From NCBI GenBank assembly GCA_036785375.1, contig JAWMAR010000006.1:4960001-5024000 (forward strand): a DNA stretch of 64,000 nucleotides, written 5' to 3'. The notes under the pieces are model-generated. The model saw only the letters and a program-made list of their open reading frames with translations, made no database searches and was not told where the DNA came from. The stretch comes from Leucoraja ocellata. Lineage: Eukaryota. A program made the translations under genes and the position numbers. Of the stretch, positions 1-11,810 are shown one piece after another. Numbering within the stretch: position 1 is the stretch's first letter; every line of letters starts with the position of its first letter.

Positions 1-1061
1 TAACCACCAATTCTTCCTTTATTAGTTTCTCTAAACTCTGGTTTTCTGCACTGAATTGTTGATTTACTTTCAAGCAATTAAATATGTGTGGTGTCAAAAA
101 TCTGACTCCAGAATGAAAGATAGATACAAAATACAAACCGTATAGATATAACAGGTGCTGTTCCTACTCACGTTCATTCATTGGTCTGAACAATAACATT
201 CCCATTTTCTGGGCAGCTGGAATTAGTCTTTTTTAAGGGCCTCATTGTTACTAATAACATTTTTATGAGTGTCTCCAAAGAGCAAAAGCATTGAAAAATC
301 ACAGACATAAATTTCAATCTCTTTTCACACAGTCACTGTGACCGTTGGATAAATAACCAGCTAAACTCATTTACTGCAAATAAAATTATATTGAAGCCGT
401 GTAGATTTTACAACAGATGGGAAACACAATAACCAGAGAATATTATTCTTTGAGGTTCAATCTTCATTTCTAGATGAAAGTGCCGTGAAACTGATGTTAC
501 AACTTTGCTGATGAAATGACCTTTACTGGTTGAGGACATACCGACCTGAAATTTAACTTGGTCCAAGTTAGGCTTGGACAGTCATTAGAGACTTACTTAA
601 TTAATTTTCCAGTTATCAATTGTAATAAACAAAAATGTAGGAGGATAATGAATTGGTCAAATGACTAGTGATGCATTTGCCACAAATCTCTTACTGCATT
701 TGCCATGTAATGACAAAGGTATTATCTTGCATAGAAATGTACATAAACAGGAGTAGGCCATGAGTCCAAACCACCATTCAACACCATCATGATCTTTCAT
801 GTCTCATTGGTTGTGAGACCAACGTTACTCTTATCTCAGTCATTACAATTTTTAATTGCCACGGTTTCTTATTGACAGTACCAATATTTGTATTTCCATC
901 TGCTTAATGGTGTTGAAAGCTCCATTGATTCCTACCCCCGGATCTCTAAGTGACCCCTGAACTCCCAATCTGCATGCACTCTGACCCCTTGGCCCGTTCT
1001 TCCCCCACCTTTGCCACCTGTCTGACCCTGCAGCATTGCCACTGCTCCCTGCCTCTACCGC

Positions 1062-1379
1062 GGCATGGTGGCGCAGCGGTAGAGTTGCTGCTTTACAGCG
1101 AATGCAGCGCCGGAGACCCGGGTTCGATCCAGACTACGGGTGCTGTCTGTACGGAGTTTGTACCTTCTCCCCATGACCTGTGTGGGTTTTCTCCGAGATC
1201 TTCGGTTTCCTCCCACACTCCAAAGATGTACAGGTTTGTAGGTTAATTGGCTTGGTAAATGTAAAAAAGAAAAGTGTCCCTAGTGGGTACAGGATAGTGT
1301 TAATGTGCGGGGATCGCTGGTTGGCGTGGACCCGGTGGGTTGAAAGGGCCTGTTTCTGCGCTGTATCTCTAAACTAAAC
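1062..1379 (+). mobile_element. tRNA-derived V-SINE (HE1-like), full length
   Basis: A box TGGCGCAGCGG, B box GGTTCGATCC, central V-domain (GGAGTTTGTAC..GTGGGTTTTCTCC..GGTTTCCTCCCACA), CR1-like tail GGGCCTGTTTC..GCTGTATCTC(TAAAC)n. Confidence 0.9.
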
Positions 1380-1726
1380 CTTTCTTTTCCACAATAAGCT
1401 CATTGCCTCCTGTACCAAAGCACAGAAAAACTTCCGACCTTCAATCCACATCACAGCACATCTCCCGACCTTAGATGCCCTTACCCACCAAGTGTCTATG
1501 ATTCTACCTCAGAAAAACAATGACCCTCTCAGTTCCTCCCCAATCCCAAGTCCTCCCTCTAACTGTTAGGCCAACTCTTGGCTACATTCCTCCTTCCATA
1601 TCCAGCACAAGGAGAACAAAAAGAGCTGTACAATTTCATCTCTGAAATCACATAATTTGACAAGAAATTAAAACATGTGATTCTGAAAGGAATAAAAACA
1701 TATAATATGATGAGGATTGTTTTCTA

Positions 1727-1850
1727 CCATTATTTACACTGATAGTTTGATTTGCCTATTTACAATCATTCAGTATCTTGACCTTAAAGGGACAGACCAT
1801 CTTTTGCATAGTTTTAGCAGCAGAATGGACTGCTTATGCAATAATCGGTT
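1727..1850 (+). repeat. Diverged local duplication, copy 1 (copy 2 at 3362-3490)
   Basis: Shared blocks ATTATTTACACT, TTGATTTGCYTATTTACA, CTTAAAGGGACAGA, TTTAGCASCAGAATRGACTG. Confidence 0.8.
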
Positions 1851-2369
1851 TCTATTATAGAACCATACATCATCCGAGTTGCTGCTGAGGCTTTGGATAT
1901 CAAGCATTTTATGAGGTTTTCTGATGTGCCTCTATCTCATGCTATGGGTGCATTGGATTTCTAGACAGTGCTTCCCGGCACCGACCTAATTTCGGATCCA
2001 ATTTTCCATTCTACCTTAGATCTCATGAGCTTTCACTTTTTTAACTAATCTTCTATGCAATACATTGTCAACCGCTTTGTAGAAAATTAATTTGGACTGC
2101 ATCAAATCACCACGAATCCCCTCTTCCCTCCATAGGTTCCATATCTATCCCCCCCTCATTCCCCCCACCTACATCCTCAATCCCATTTTCCAGTTCCAAT
2201 TTCAGGAAAAGCCTATTGTCCATTCATTGTTGAGATGTAAGTCACTGGCGGAAGTTAGACAACTGCTGGATATGTTTAATTTGGTTGAGTGATGATGGCT
2301 AAGTGACTTCTCTCCATCTCCCTCTGACCAATCTCCTCAACATGATCTAGAAACCATAAAAAAAATGTC

Positions 2370-2610
2370 AGAGCCTCAGAGCCCAGTAATCGCCCTTCAG
2401 CCCACTGTGTTTGTCCTGACCATTAATCTCCCACCTATATTAGTCCCATTTTACTCTCCCTACTGTCATATTCAATTCTGTCAGGCACTGCCACTTGCCT
2501 ACAGAGTTGAGACAATTCACAGGGAGAATGTACAAAGTTTGCATAGACAAACACAGAGGTCAGGATCAAACTCAGGTTGCTGGAGCTGTGCCACAGAGCT
2601 GCCCTACAGT
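2370..2610 (-). mobile_element. Degenerate V-SINE
   Basis: CACAGGGAGAATGTACAAA..GTCAGGATCAAACTCAGG matches the reverse strand of the SINE head. Confidence 0.6.
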
Positions 2611-2871
2611 TCTACTAGCATAGACTCCTTCCCAATCCTCCTATGAAAGTTGTCTGAAATTGCCTGCCTGTAGTGCCAAAATAGACTCACTCCTTTGTTC
2701 TGGACTCTTCTACTTGGTCAGAATATAGACTATGAAAACTAATGTGATGCTGTTGTGCCATTTACAGTTGGCAGCAGCTTCTCAAGAAATATACTTCCCC
2801 TGTGTTGATGGTGCATATGTTTATGAGTTCACATTGCTGGTTGCCAGTGGACCTTTGCATTGGCATTACAT

Positions 2872-3040
2872 GAAACATAGAACAGTACAGTACAGGAACG
2901 TGCCTTTCGGTCCACAGTGCTTGTGCCAAACATGATGCCTAGCTGAACTGATCTCATCTGCCTGCACATGATCCATATCCCTCTATTTCCCTGCATTTCC
3001 ACGTGCCTATCCAAAAGCTTGTTAAATGCTACTATCGTAT
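2872..3040 (-). mobile_element. CR1 LINE 3' tail
   Basis: GAAACATAGAACAGTACAG..GCCTTTCGGTCCACA; same family as 38985-39180 and 42725-43060. Confidence 0.7.
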
Positions 3041-3814
3041 TAACGGGTGATATCCCAGTCGTGGTGACAAGGTCTGGGGTTTGGTAAAATCTGCAATCTC
3101 AGATTTTCAGTGTTAGCAAACAAAGTGGATTTGGGAAGAAGGCGTGTGAAACACTTTGCCCTGTATACTGTGAAGCACCTGTCACAACCACAGTAGGCCA
3201 TCACACTGAGACATAGGAATCATATCACGTGTGAGGGCGTCAAAAATACAAAACCATAGAGCGAGGCAGATGATCCTTTCACACTGCTGCCAATGATTTA
3301 CATATACAATCTGTAATCTTCCTGCACCAACAGCAATTAGACTGTACAAGACTTATTTAGAGCAATTATTTACACTCATTAGTTGATTTGCTTATTTACA
3401 GTCATTAGTCATTTTAATCTTAAAGGGACAGATCATTTTAAAGATAGCTTCAGTTTAGCACCAGAATAGACTGTTCATGTGCATAATTCCCCTTTAATCA
3501 AGCCGCACATTACTGTGAGCAAGCATCATATGATGCTTTAAGCATCTGCTGAGCTATATTAATGAGGAATATGTCAACACATTTGTGTGAAATTCCTTTC
3601 TGCCATCTTAACACTTATTCATCGCAAGTTCTTATTTGAATTAAATTGGCAAAGTCAGAGATTGACATAGGATTTTGTTAATGCGCTTGTTGTTCACATT
3701 GTGTGCGCCAGTTGCATTTTGAGTATCTGAAGGTTGTGGAGTAGCGAGACACCAGAAGCAGTTGGTGACAGGGTAGAGCTGTGGTGTACTTCTTGCACAA
3801 CCTGGAAATACATA

Positions 3815-3908
3815 GGTAGACCAAAATGCTGGAGAAACACAGCGGGTGAGGCAGCATCTATGGAGCGAAGGAAATAGGCAACGTTTCGGGTCGAAACCCT
3901 TCTTCAGA
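3815..3908 (-). mobile_element. Penelope pLTR-derived short element
   Basis: Matches terminal repeat at 18526-18620 of the GIY-YIG remnant. Confidence 0.85.
3880..3907 (-). ncRNA. Minimal hammerhead ribozyme motif, intact core
   Basis: Minus strand CTGAAGA A GGGT-TTCG-ACCC GAAA CGTT: CUGANGA box, 4-bp stem II with UUCG loop, GAAA box, palindromic ACGU stem III, GUU triplet; stem I weak. Confidence 0.7.
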
Positions 3909-3984
3909 TTTATTTAGGAAATTCTTCAGCGTTATAAATCTGTTGCACTTTATAATTGCACTTAAAATGCCTGTCAACACAGTG

Positions 3985-4345
3985 TACCCGAATAATGAAA
4001 GACCTAGCTAGAGTGGATGTGGAGAAGATGTTTCCAGTAGTGGGAGGCCAGAGGGCAGAACCTCAGAGTAATAGGACCTCACTTTAGAATGGAGATGAGG
4101 AGGAATGTATTTACCCATTGTGGTGAATCTCTGGAACTCATTGCCACAGACGGCTGTGGAGGCCAAGTCATTGAGTCTTTTTAACGTGGAGATTGATAGG
4201 TTCTTGGTTAATAAGGGTGTCAAAGATTATGGGGAGAAGGCCCAATGGGGTTGAGAGGGACAAAATAGATCAGCCATGATTGAATGTCAGACTCCTTGGG
4301 CCAAATGGCCCAATCCTGCTCCTATGTGGTCCTATGAACTTATGT
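3985..4345 (+). mobile_element. CR1 LINE (HER1-like) 3' end
   Basis: ORF2 C-terminus-like DVEKMFP..VVNLWNSLPQTAVEAKSL..FNVEIDRFL..KGVK, followed by 3' UTR. Confidence 0.88.
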
Positions 4346-5009
4346 ATCAGTGACTGCATATTAATGGGGAATGGAGTCTGAATAAAACCAACATACCTGC
4401 TCACCTTTATGTGGTAATAGAGTTATAGAGTCATAGAGCTACACAGCATGGAAACAGGCACTTCGGCCCAACCTATCCGAGCCCACATCCTTCCAAACCT
4501 TTCCCATCCACCTACCTGTCCGTATCTGTTAAATGCAGAAATTCACACCCCTCTGCACTTCCTCATTTATTGCACTTGCACGGTCTGAAAGGTTTGAAAC
4601 CAAGAACCACAGACACCCAAAATTAGTGTTGTGAGGGCTGACTCTCTGGATGCACAATGATCCTACCTATTGATAGAGAAGACAAATATGTCTGTGACCA
4701 TGTTTGTGTATTCAGTAACAAAATAATCGGTCCGGTCTGGAAACTTCCTTAATCTCAATGTTGCAAAATAACTTAACTGAAGACGTTTGATGCCTGATTT
4801 GATGTAGGGGCCAGTCAATGTAATCCCATTGTATTACATTAGGCTGATGTGTCTGATAATACCTCACGGTTATGAAAGTTTGCAACCAATATCTCTTGAG
4901 CAGCCAGCTTCCTGCCGTGGGCCAGAAGCCTGTAATCTGTAGACAGCACTGTTTGTTTACAAAGCTGTCCTTTTTACTTTCAAAACTTCATCACTGCTTG
5001 TGGTTTATA

Positions 5010-5690
5010 TTTGTCGAAAGCAATTTATCAGGATGGTTTGGGAACAGCTCCATCCATGACCGCAAGAAATTGCAGAGAATTGTGGACGCAGCCCAGACTA
5101 TCACACAAAACAACCTCCCTTACATTGACTCCATTTACACATCACGCTGCCTCGGCAAGGCCATCAGCATGATCAAGAATGGGCCGCATCCTGGCCACTC
5201 CCTCTCCTGCCCTCTCCCATTGGGCAACAGGTATAGAAGTGTGAAAATACACACTTCCAGATTCAGGGACAGTTTCTTTCCAGCTGAAGAAGGACCACGA
5301 CCCGAAATTTCGCCAATTCCTTCTCTCCACAGATGCTGCTTCACCCGCTGAGTTTCTCCAGCATTTTTTGTCTACCTTCGATTTTTCCAGCATCTGCAGT
5401 TCTTTCTGAAAACAATTCTTTCCAGCTGTTATCAGGCAACTGAACCATCCTACCAACAACTAGAGAACAGCCCACGATCTACTATCTACCTCGTTGGAAA
5501 CCCTCGGACTATCTTTGATCGGATTTTACTGGACTTTATCTTGCACCATTACATTAATCCCTTTGTCATATGTTTGTACACTGTGGATGGCTCGATTGTA
5601 ATCATGTATTGTCTTTCTGCTGGCAGGTTAGGACATGACAAAAGTGTTTCACTACACCTCGGTAAATGTGGCAACAAACTGAACTCAAAC
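5010..5690 (+). mobile_element. Rex1/Babar LINE 3' portion, interrupted at 5284-5415
   Basis: WFGNSSIHDRKKLQRIVDAAQTI..SRCLGKA..HPGHSL..RYRSVK..RFRDSFFP is a Rex1-type ORF C-terminus; tail TTTCACTACACCTCGGTAAATGTGGCAACAAAC. Confidence 0.82.
5284..5415 (+). mobile_element. Penelope pLTR/hammerhead short insert with 13-bp TSD
   Basis: TTCTTTCCAGCTG at 5274-5286 and 5416-5428; begins with CTGAAGA (CTG shared with the TSD). Confidence 0.88.
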
Positions 5691-5961
5691 ATATTTAGAA
5701 GTCTAGTTATCTTTTGTAGTAATGCCTGCCTTCCACATAATTCTTGTAGGATGGCCCATGTGTAACTATCCCAAACAACCCCCTCATCCAAAGCAATGAC
5801 ACAGTTTGTTATCTGCTGGAACCTTACCACTGGCAATCCTTGTATCACAGCAACCTAATTCAAAAATGGCCTGTTTCATTCCTTGTCCATTTCTTATCTG
5901 TTAACTAATCCTCAAACCACACATGGCATGAAGTGTATATTGCACTGAAGAACACAAGCTT

Positions 5962-6275
5962 TTTAGTTTCGTTTAGATCAGGTTAGAAAAACTGAGGGGA
6001 AACAGGCACTTCGGCTCATTGAGTCCACGCCGACCAGCGATACCCACACATTAACACTGTCCTGCACACTGGGGACAATTCACAATTTTACCAAACCAAT
6101 TAACCTACAAACCTGCATGTCTTTGAAGTCTAGGAGGAAACTGGAGCACCCGGAGAAAACCCACGCAGGTCACGGGGAGAACGTGCAAACTCTGTACAGA
6201 GAGCACCTCTAGTCAGGATAGAACTTGTGTCTATGGCACTGTAAGGCAGCAACTCTGCCGCTGCGCCACCGTGCC
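5962..6275 (-). mobile_element. V-SINE, full length
   Basis: Reverse complement of 1062-1379 consensus. Confidence 0.9.
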
Positions 6276-6309
6276 ATCCAATGGTTAGGTCAAACAAACA
6301 ATGGTTTAT

Positions 6310-6480
6310 TTTTACAACCATTTTTGCGACATCTAATCAAAGACCTTTGAGAAATTGAAATGTACAACATCCATTGACACCCCATTATCTCAAAAAATTC
6401 CTGCAGATTTGCCTAAACATGACTTCCTCTCACTAATCTATGATGACTCTTCCCAAACCTATTATTTCCTATAGTTTCCC
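6310..6480 (-). mobile_element. Old CR1 reverse-transcriptase fragment
   Basis: Minus strand resembles RT motifs (QHGF..GRSCL.NL, DVVY.DFSK.FD), degenerate. Confidence 0.5.
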
Positions 6481-6487
6481 AGTAAAA

Positions 6488-6742
6488 TAAAGGAACTGCA
6501 GATCCTGTGTTACAAAAAAAGACATGAAGTGCGAGAGTAACTCGGCAAATCAGGCATCATTTCTGGAGATAATGAATAGGTGACATTTCGGGTTGGGACA
6601 CTTCTTCAAACTGATTCTGGTGTTGGGGGTGGTGGTGGGGGGTGGGGGGGAAAGAAAGCAGGAAGAGGGGAGGAGCAGAACAAAACCTGGCAGGCGATAG
6701 GTGGATACAGGTGAGGGTGGTGTAGGATAGATCGATGGTTGG
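6488..6742 (-). mobile_element. Penelope 3' UTR plus pLTR, decayed hammerhead
   Basis: AGGAACTGCAGAT..GGTGACATTTCGGGTTGGGACACTTCTTCAAACTGA. Confidence 0.75.
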
Positions 6743-6782
6743 AAGCACGCTCGCTGACAGCATTTAAGAAGTATCTAGATGA

Positions 6783-6840
6783 ATAAAATAAAAAATAAAA
6801 ATAAAAATTAAGATAAATATATAAATAATAAAAATAAACA
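6783..6840 (+). mobile_element. A-rich tail-only insertion inside a CR1 fragment
   Basis: 17-bp direct repeat AAGAAGTATCTAGATGA at 6766-6782 and 6841-6857. Confidence 0.7.
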
Positions 6841-7295
6841 AAGAAGTATCTAGATGAGTATTTGAATCATCTAGTCATAGAAGATTATAGACATGCTGAT
6901 ATGTTGGTGATTAATACAGATGGGTATCCATTGGTTGGCTTGGACATGGTGGGTTGGATACCTAGTCTCCATGCAATATGACTCTCTGACTATGAGTCTA
7001 TCACATTTCAACTTCCTCTTGTCAGGCATCCTATTAATGGAAGACATTCCTCCAGATTATGATTAAACATCCAGAGAATTCTGCCACTCCTCCTCAACCA
7101 AAGCTATGGGTTTTACAAATGGTTGCTCTGAGGCATGGACCTTGATGAAGGGTCTCGGCCCAAAACATCACTTACTGTATTGCTTTTCTCCACAGCTGAT
7201 ACTTTATTTGCTCTTGTGGGTCTGGGTTCCATACAAGAAACAATAACTTTTTAAAAATACACAGTAAATAGGAAATGCAAATACCAGCATTGTCA

Positions 7296-7505
7296 ACAGA
7301 AATCCCATCCCCTCATACAGAAATCCCATCCCCTCATACAGAAATCACATGCCCTCATACAGAAATCACATGCCCTCATACAGAAATCACATGCCCTGAT
7401 ACAGAAATCACATGCCCTCATACAGAAATCACATGCCCTCATACAGAAATCACATGCCCTGATACAGAAATCACATGCCCTCATACAGAAATCCCTGCCC
7501 TATCA
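7296..7505 (+). repeat. 21-bp minisatellite, 10 units (ACAGAAATCACATGCCCTCAT)
   Basis: Unit starts every 21 bp from 7296 to 7485; variants ordered A A B B C B B C B plus a diverged terminal unit. Confidence 0.97.
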
Positions 7506-7571
7506 ATTGAAGGGATGCCATTTCAGTAAGTTACACAATGGCGGGGTGAGATAATGGGCAGTCGAACCTGC

Positions 7572-7719
7572 ATAGGAAGGAACTGCAGATGCTGGTTTAC
7601 ACCGAAGATAGATACAAAATGTTGGAGTAACTCAGCAGGTCAGGCAGCATCTCTGGAGAAAAGGAATAGGTGACGTTTCAGGTCAAAACCCTTCTTCAGA
7701 CAGCATTTTATGTCTATCT
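7572..7719 (-). mobile_element. Penelope pLTR element with near-intact hammerhead (7672-7699) and short inverted end
   Basis: Minus strand CTGAAGA A GGGT-TTTG-ACCT GAAA CGTC; 7701-7719 is an inverted copy of about 7606-7624. Confidence 0.85.
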
Positions 7720-8290
7720 CACTTGTAGCTGTCATTTGCAGGAGTGGTCAGCTCATTGCAGTCCAGAAATATCACCTGCAATGATTTATTCAGCTCCCAT
7801 GTTGTGCCTCTGGTGCTAATTTTGATTTAGATTATTTTCCACAGCCCTCTCTAAAATCCAAGTTAACTTTGTCTTCCTGCCTTGACACTGTCAAGTCTTA
7901 TTTGTCTACTCAGATAAGCGTTAATTTATCCTGTTATCCTTAACCGTCCTTCCTTTCCCCAGCATTGTTGCAGTTGCCCCTGGAAACAAGGACTAAAGAG
8001 AAACTCCAAAAAAAATAAAAGCAGATTCTCTTGAGATGTGCCTGGCTTTCCACTGCGTTATTTTGAGACCAGCCGCTGGTCTCTCAATCACTCGGTTAAC
8101 ATTCCTCTCTTAATAATGGTTCCTGGAACTCCGATGTATAAGGCAACATCTCCTGTGAGTCCGGAAACATCGCATACATCATTGACACACGTCCCAAAAT
8201 GTATGTTGTGAAATTAAATTCAATTAACTTCATTTTAGAAAGACCTCTGATGTTCCGGCACGTGATTATGTAGAAATCATGCTGATTTTG

Positions 8291-8586
8291 CGTGGCAGTG
8301 ATAGAGCTGTTGCCCATACAGCACCAGAGACCAGGGCCCGATCCTGACTACAGGTGCTGTCTGCATGTAGTTTATACGCTCTCCCTGTGACCATGTGGGT
8401 TTTCGCTGGGTGTTCCAGATTCCTCCCACACTCCAAAGACATACAGGTTTGTAGGTTAATTGGCTTCAGTAAAATTGTAAATTTTCCCTAGTGTGTTGGA
8501 TAATGTTAGTATACATGGTAATCGCTTGTCGGCGCGGACTCAGTGGGCTGAAGGACCTGTTCCGCCCTTTATCTCTAAATTCTAAA
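8291..8586 (+). mobile_element. V-SINE
   Basis: Consensus match throughout. Confidence 0.88.
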
Positions 8587-8969
8587 TCCTAGTTATATGG
8601 CCTTTCTTTCATTCATTAATCAATGGTCAGAAAAATGGTTTGCAGTCAGATCTGGAGCGTTTATGTATTTCCCACCCCCTTTAAAGGCAATGGTTCATGG
8701 AGCATTTATACCACGCACCATGTAAAAAAGTGAAATAAAAATGTGTTTGGGTACTAATAGGAACAACGTCCAAAAGTCTAGAAAATCTGCCCGTCTGGCA
8801 CCACCAAGTCCCAATAGTGCTGGATTATTGGTCTTTTTTATTGTATTTTGTTTCAGGCACCAGGAAAATGAAAGTTATGCATTGTCATAAAACCAAATCA
8901 TTTCAACAATGAGCTGCAAGAATAAAACCTTTGACTGCTACTGTCTGAGTTGACTCCAGATTCATATTT

Positions 8970-9200
8970 GGGCAGCACAGTGGAACGACTTGCACTGTTG
9001 TGAGACAGCTTCAGCAGCCCGGGTACAATCTTGACCTCCTTGTATCTGTGCCTGTGAATGTTTCTATTGATTGCTCCAGTTTCTTTCCACATCCCAAAGA
9101 TATGTAGTGGAGAAAGGAACTGCAGATGTTGGTTTACACCATAGGTTGGTTCATTGGCCTCCGTAAATTGCCCTTGGATTGTACATAGCTAGCGCAACCA
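8970..9200 (+). mobile_element. Old V-SINE interrupted by a pLTR fragment (about 9105-9140)
   Basis: GGCAGCACAGTGG head, V-domain; AAGGAACTGCAGATGTTGGTTTACACC insert. Confidence 0.6.
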
Positions 9201-9269
9201 GTGTGAGTAGATGGAAATGTTGGGAGCATGAAATAGAGCAGCATGGTGGCATATTGAATGGCAGGGCAG

Positions 9270-9590
9270 CCACAGTGCTGTAGTGGTGCAGCTGCTGCCT
9301 TACAGCATCAGAGTTCTGGGTTCGATCCTGAATATATGTGCTGTCTGTAAGTTGTTTATACGTTCTCCCGTGACCACATGGGTTTTCCCCGGGTGCTTCG
9401 GTTTCCTCCCACAGTTCTAAGATGTACAGGTTTGTAGGTTAATTGGCTCAGGTAAGAATTGTAAATTGTCCCTAGTGTGTAGGATAGTGCTAGTGTACAG
9501 GGCACTATCGGGTTGGCACGAAGTCGGTGGGCCAAAGGGCCTGTTTCCGTGTTGTGTCTCTAAACTAAACGAAACAAAATCTAAACTAAA
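9270..9590 (+). mobile_element. V-SINE
   Basis: B box GGTTCGATCC, V-domain, tail. Confidence 0.88.
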
Positions 9591-9782
9591 ATGGGATTAC
9601 GATGGGATTAGTGCAAATGGTTTTTTGATGGTCAGTGCAGACTTGATGGGCTGAATGATCTGTTTCCGTACTGTTTAATTACTCAATGACATCATGTATG
9701 GTTGACAATTAATACCCAGCAAGTCGTAAAAGCAGTTTCTCCAAGATAAGAAAGCCTATAAATATTTTCGCAGGGATAATAT

Positions 9783-10098
9783 ATTGTCACGTATACCAAT
9801 TAAGGTACAGTGAAATTCGAATTACTATACAGCCATGCTAAAAAAAAGCAACAAGATACATAACTACATAAAAGTTCACATAAACATCCACCACAGTGGA
9901 TTCCCCACTGTGATGGAAGGCAAAATGGTCCAATCCCCTTCCTCATTATTCTCCAGCGGTCGGGGCAGTCGAAACCATCCACAATCAGGGCGATTGAAGC
10001 TCCCGCAGCCAGCGGTCGAAGCCCCCTCATCGGGGAGATCGAAACCCCTGCGTCGGGGCGATCTAAACTCCCATGTCAGGGCGGTCGAATCATCGAAT
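9783..10098 (-). mobile_element. GC-rich non-autonomous retroelement with Rex1-type tail
   Basis: Shares TTTTGCCTTCCATCACAG hairpin block with 16960-17458; tail TTTCACTGTACC..GGTATACGTGACAAT. Confidence 0.7.
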
Positions 10099-10904
10099 AT
10101 TTTTTTTTAAAGCTAAACACTAACAAAAGAATGTGATGAAAGGCTCATTTACTTCAGTGCTGTCGGAAGGTCTTTCAGGGAACGATGACTTGTTAGATCA
10201 GCCACTTACCCAAAAATTCACAACAATTTAAATTTAATTTAACACATATGGATCTTCAGAAACATTTTGATGTGATACACCTAAGCATAAATTGTTATAT
10301 TTAGTGTTTGCTTTTCTGAAAATATTTTATGTTTAATTCAAGGGGCGGAGGGAGGTCTACTGGAATAAATATAAAAACCAGTGCAGGGATTTAATATACA
10401 GTGTAATATTTTGTCTGTTTCTAAATCCGGTAGCTTATATTGATAAAATAATTACTATATTCCTTTGAAAAGGATAAATTAAAAACCGTTCGTGATGGGA
10501 GATCGATGGTGGAGACAGATGCACATTTCCGTATTAATAAGAGGGCAAAAGGGTTCCAGGATCTGCTATTTGTTGTTCATTACTTGTTTTTTTTTAAAGT
10601 TCACTGTGTGTGACTCACTGAAAACACTTAATAATATGTTAAAGTGGGAATGGGTCAGGATAAACATTTCAGCAACTTCAAATACCAGAAATAATTGGTC
10701 CCCAAACTTAAAGGATAATTTCAGTAAAATTGGTGCATAATATTCAATCACGAGCCCCATCTCTATGGCAACTCCTAACCTTACCTCATCACATTTGACA
10801 AGTAGCTCTGCCCGCTCCACCTCCCATCACCCCCTGCTGTGCTGTCAGGATGAGTGATGTCAGTGGAACGGGCTAGAATGCTTCCCAACATCCTTCAACT
10901 GAGA

Positions 10905-11335
10905 AACATCGAAACATAGAAAATAGGTGCAGAATTAGGCCATTCTGCCCTTCAGGCCAGCACCGCCATTCAGTATGATCACGACTGATTATCCAGAATC
11001 AGTACCCTGTTCCTGCTTTCTCCCCATATCCCTCGATTCTTAGCCCTAAAAGCCCTATACCTAACTCTTGAATACATCCAGTGAATTGGCGTCCACTGTC
11101 TTCTGTGATAGAGTATTCCACTGATTCACAACACTCCGGCTGAAAAAGTTTGTCCTCATCTCAGTTCTAAATGGCCCATTATTTTTAAACTGTGATTCCT
11201 GGTTCTGGACTCCCCCAACACGGGGAACATTCTTCCTGCATCTAGCCTGTCCAATCCCTTAAGAATTGTATATGTTTCTATAAGATCCCATCTCATCCGT
11301 CTAAATTCCACTAAATATAAGCCCAGTCGATCTGA
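10905..11335 (-). mobile_element. CR1 LINE 3' end
   Basis: GAAACATA tail repeats; minus strand LIETYTILKGLDRLDAGRMFP. Confidence 0.88.
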
Positions 11336-11810
11336 TCTTGTACCAGGTGTGGACTGTCTTCACAAGGAATTCCATCTCTGCATGAACCAGATTACCAATC
11401 GTGCAGACTGCGTTCGATCCTAACCTGACTATGGATGCTGTCCGTATGGAGTTTGTACGTTCTCCCTGTGACTGGGTGGGTTTTCTGTAGGGTCACCGGT
11501 TGCTGCCTGACCTGCTGATGCTCCAGCAGTTTGTGTCCTTTTGTGTAAACCAGTATCTGCCGTTCCTTGTTTCTACAGTTTGTCCCAACCTGGTCATTTC
11601 TTCTTCTCCCGACTCTAATCAGGCAGAAGATACAGAAGCTCATAAGCATGCACCACCACTCATGAACAACTTCTTCCCCTCTGCTCTCAGGCTTTTGAAC
11701 AGTCCTGCCATAAGCTAAGATACAGCCCAATTAACCTCTGCCCCATTGCGGACATTGGACTTTGTCTCTGGAACGGCTACAATACTGATAACCATATTCT
11801 TCACTTTAGC

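Noticed and set aside
1062-1140. tRNA-like A/B boxes here and at other SINE heads
   Set aside because: They are SINE heads running into the V-domain; no complete cloverleaf or terminator
1706-1745. Box C (ATGATGA) and CTGA suggesting a C/D snoRNA
   Set aside because: No terminal stem or second box pair, and boxes are absent from the duplicate copy
4872-5351. 159-aa ORF
   Set aside because: Chimera of flank, Rex1 C-terminus and pLTR insert; not a gene
7296-7505. CRISPR-like regular repeat
   Set aside because: Contiguous tandem units with no unique spacers, eukaryotic context, no cas genes
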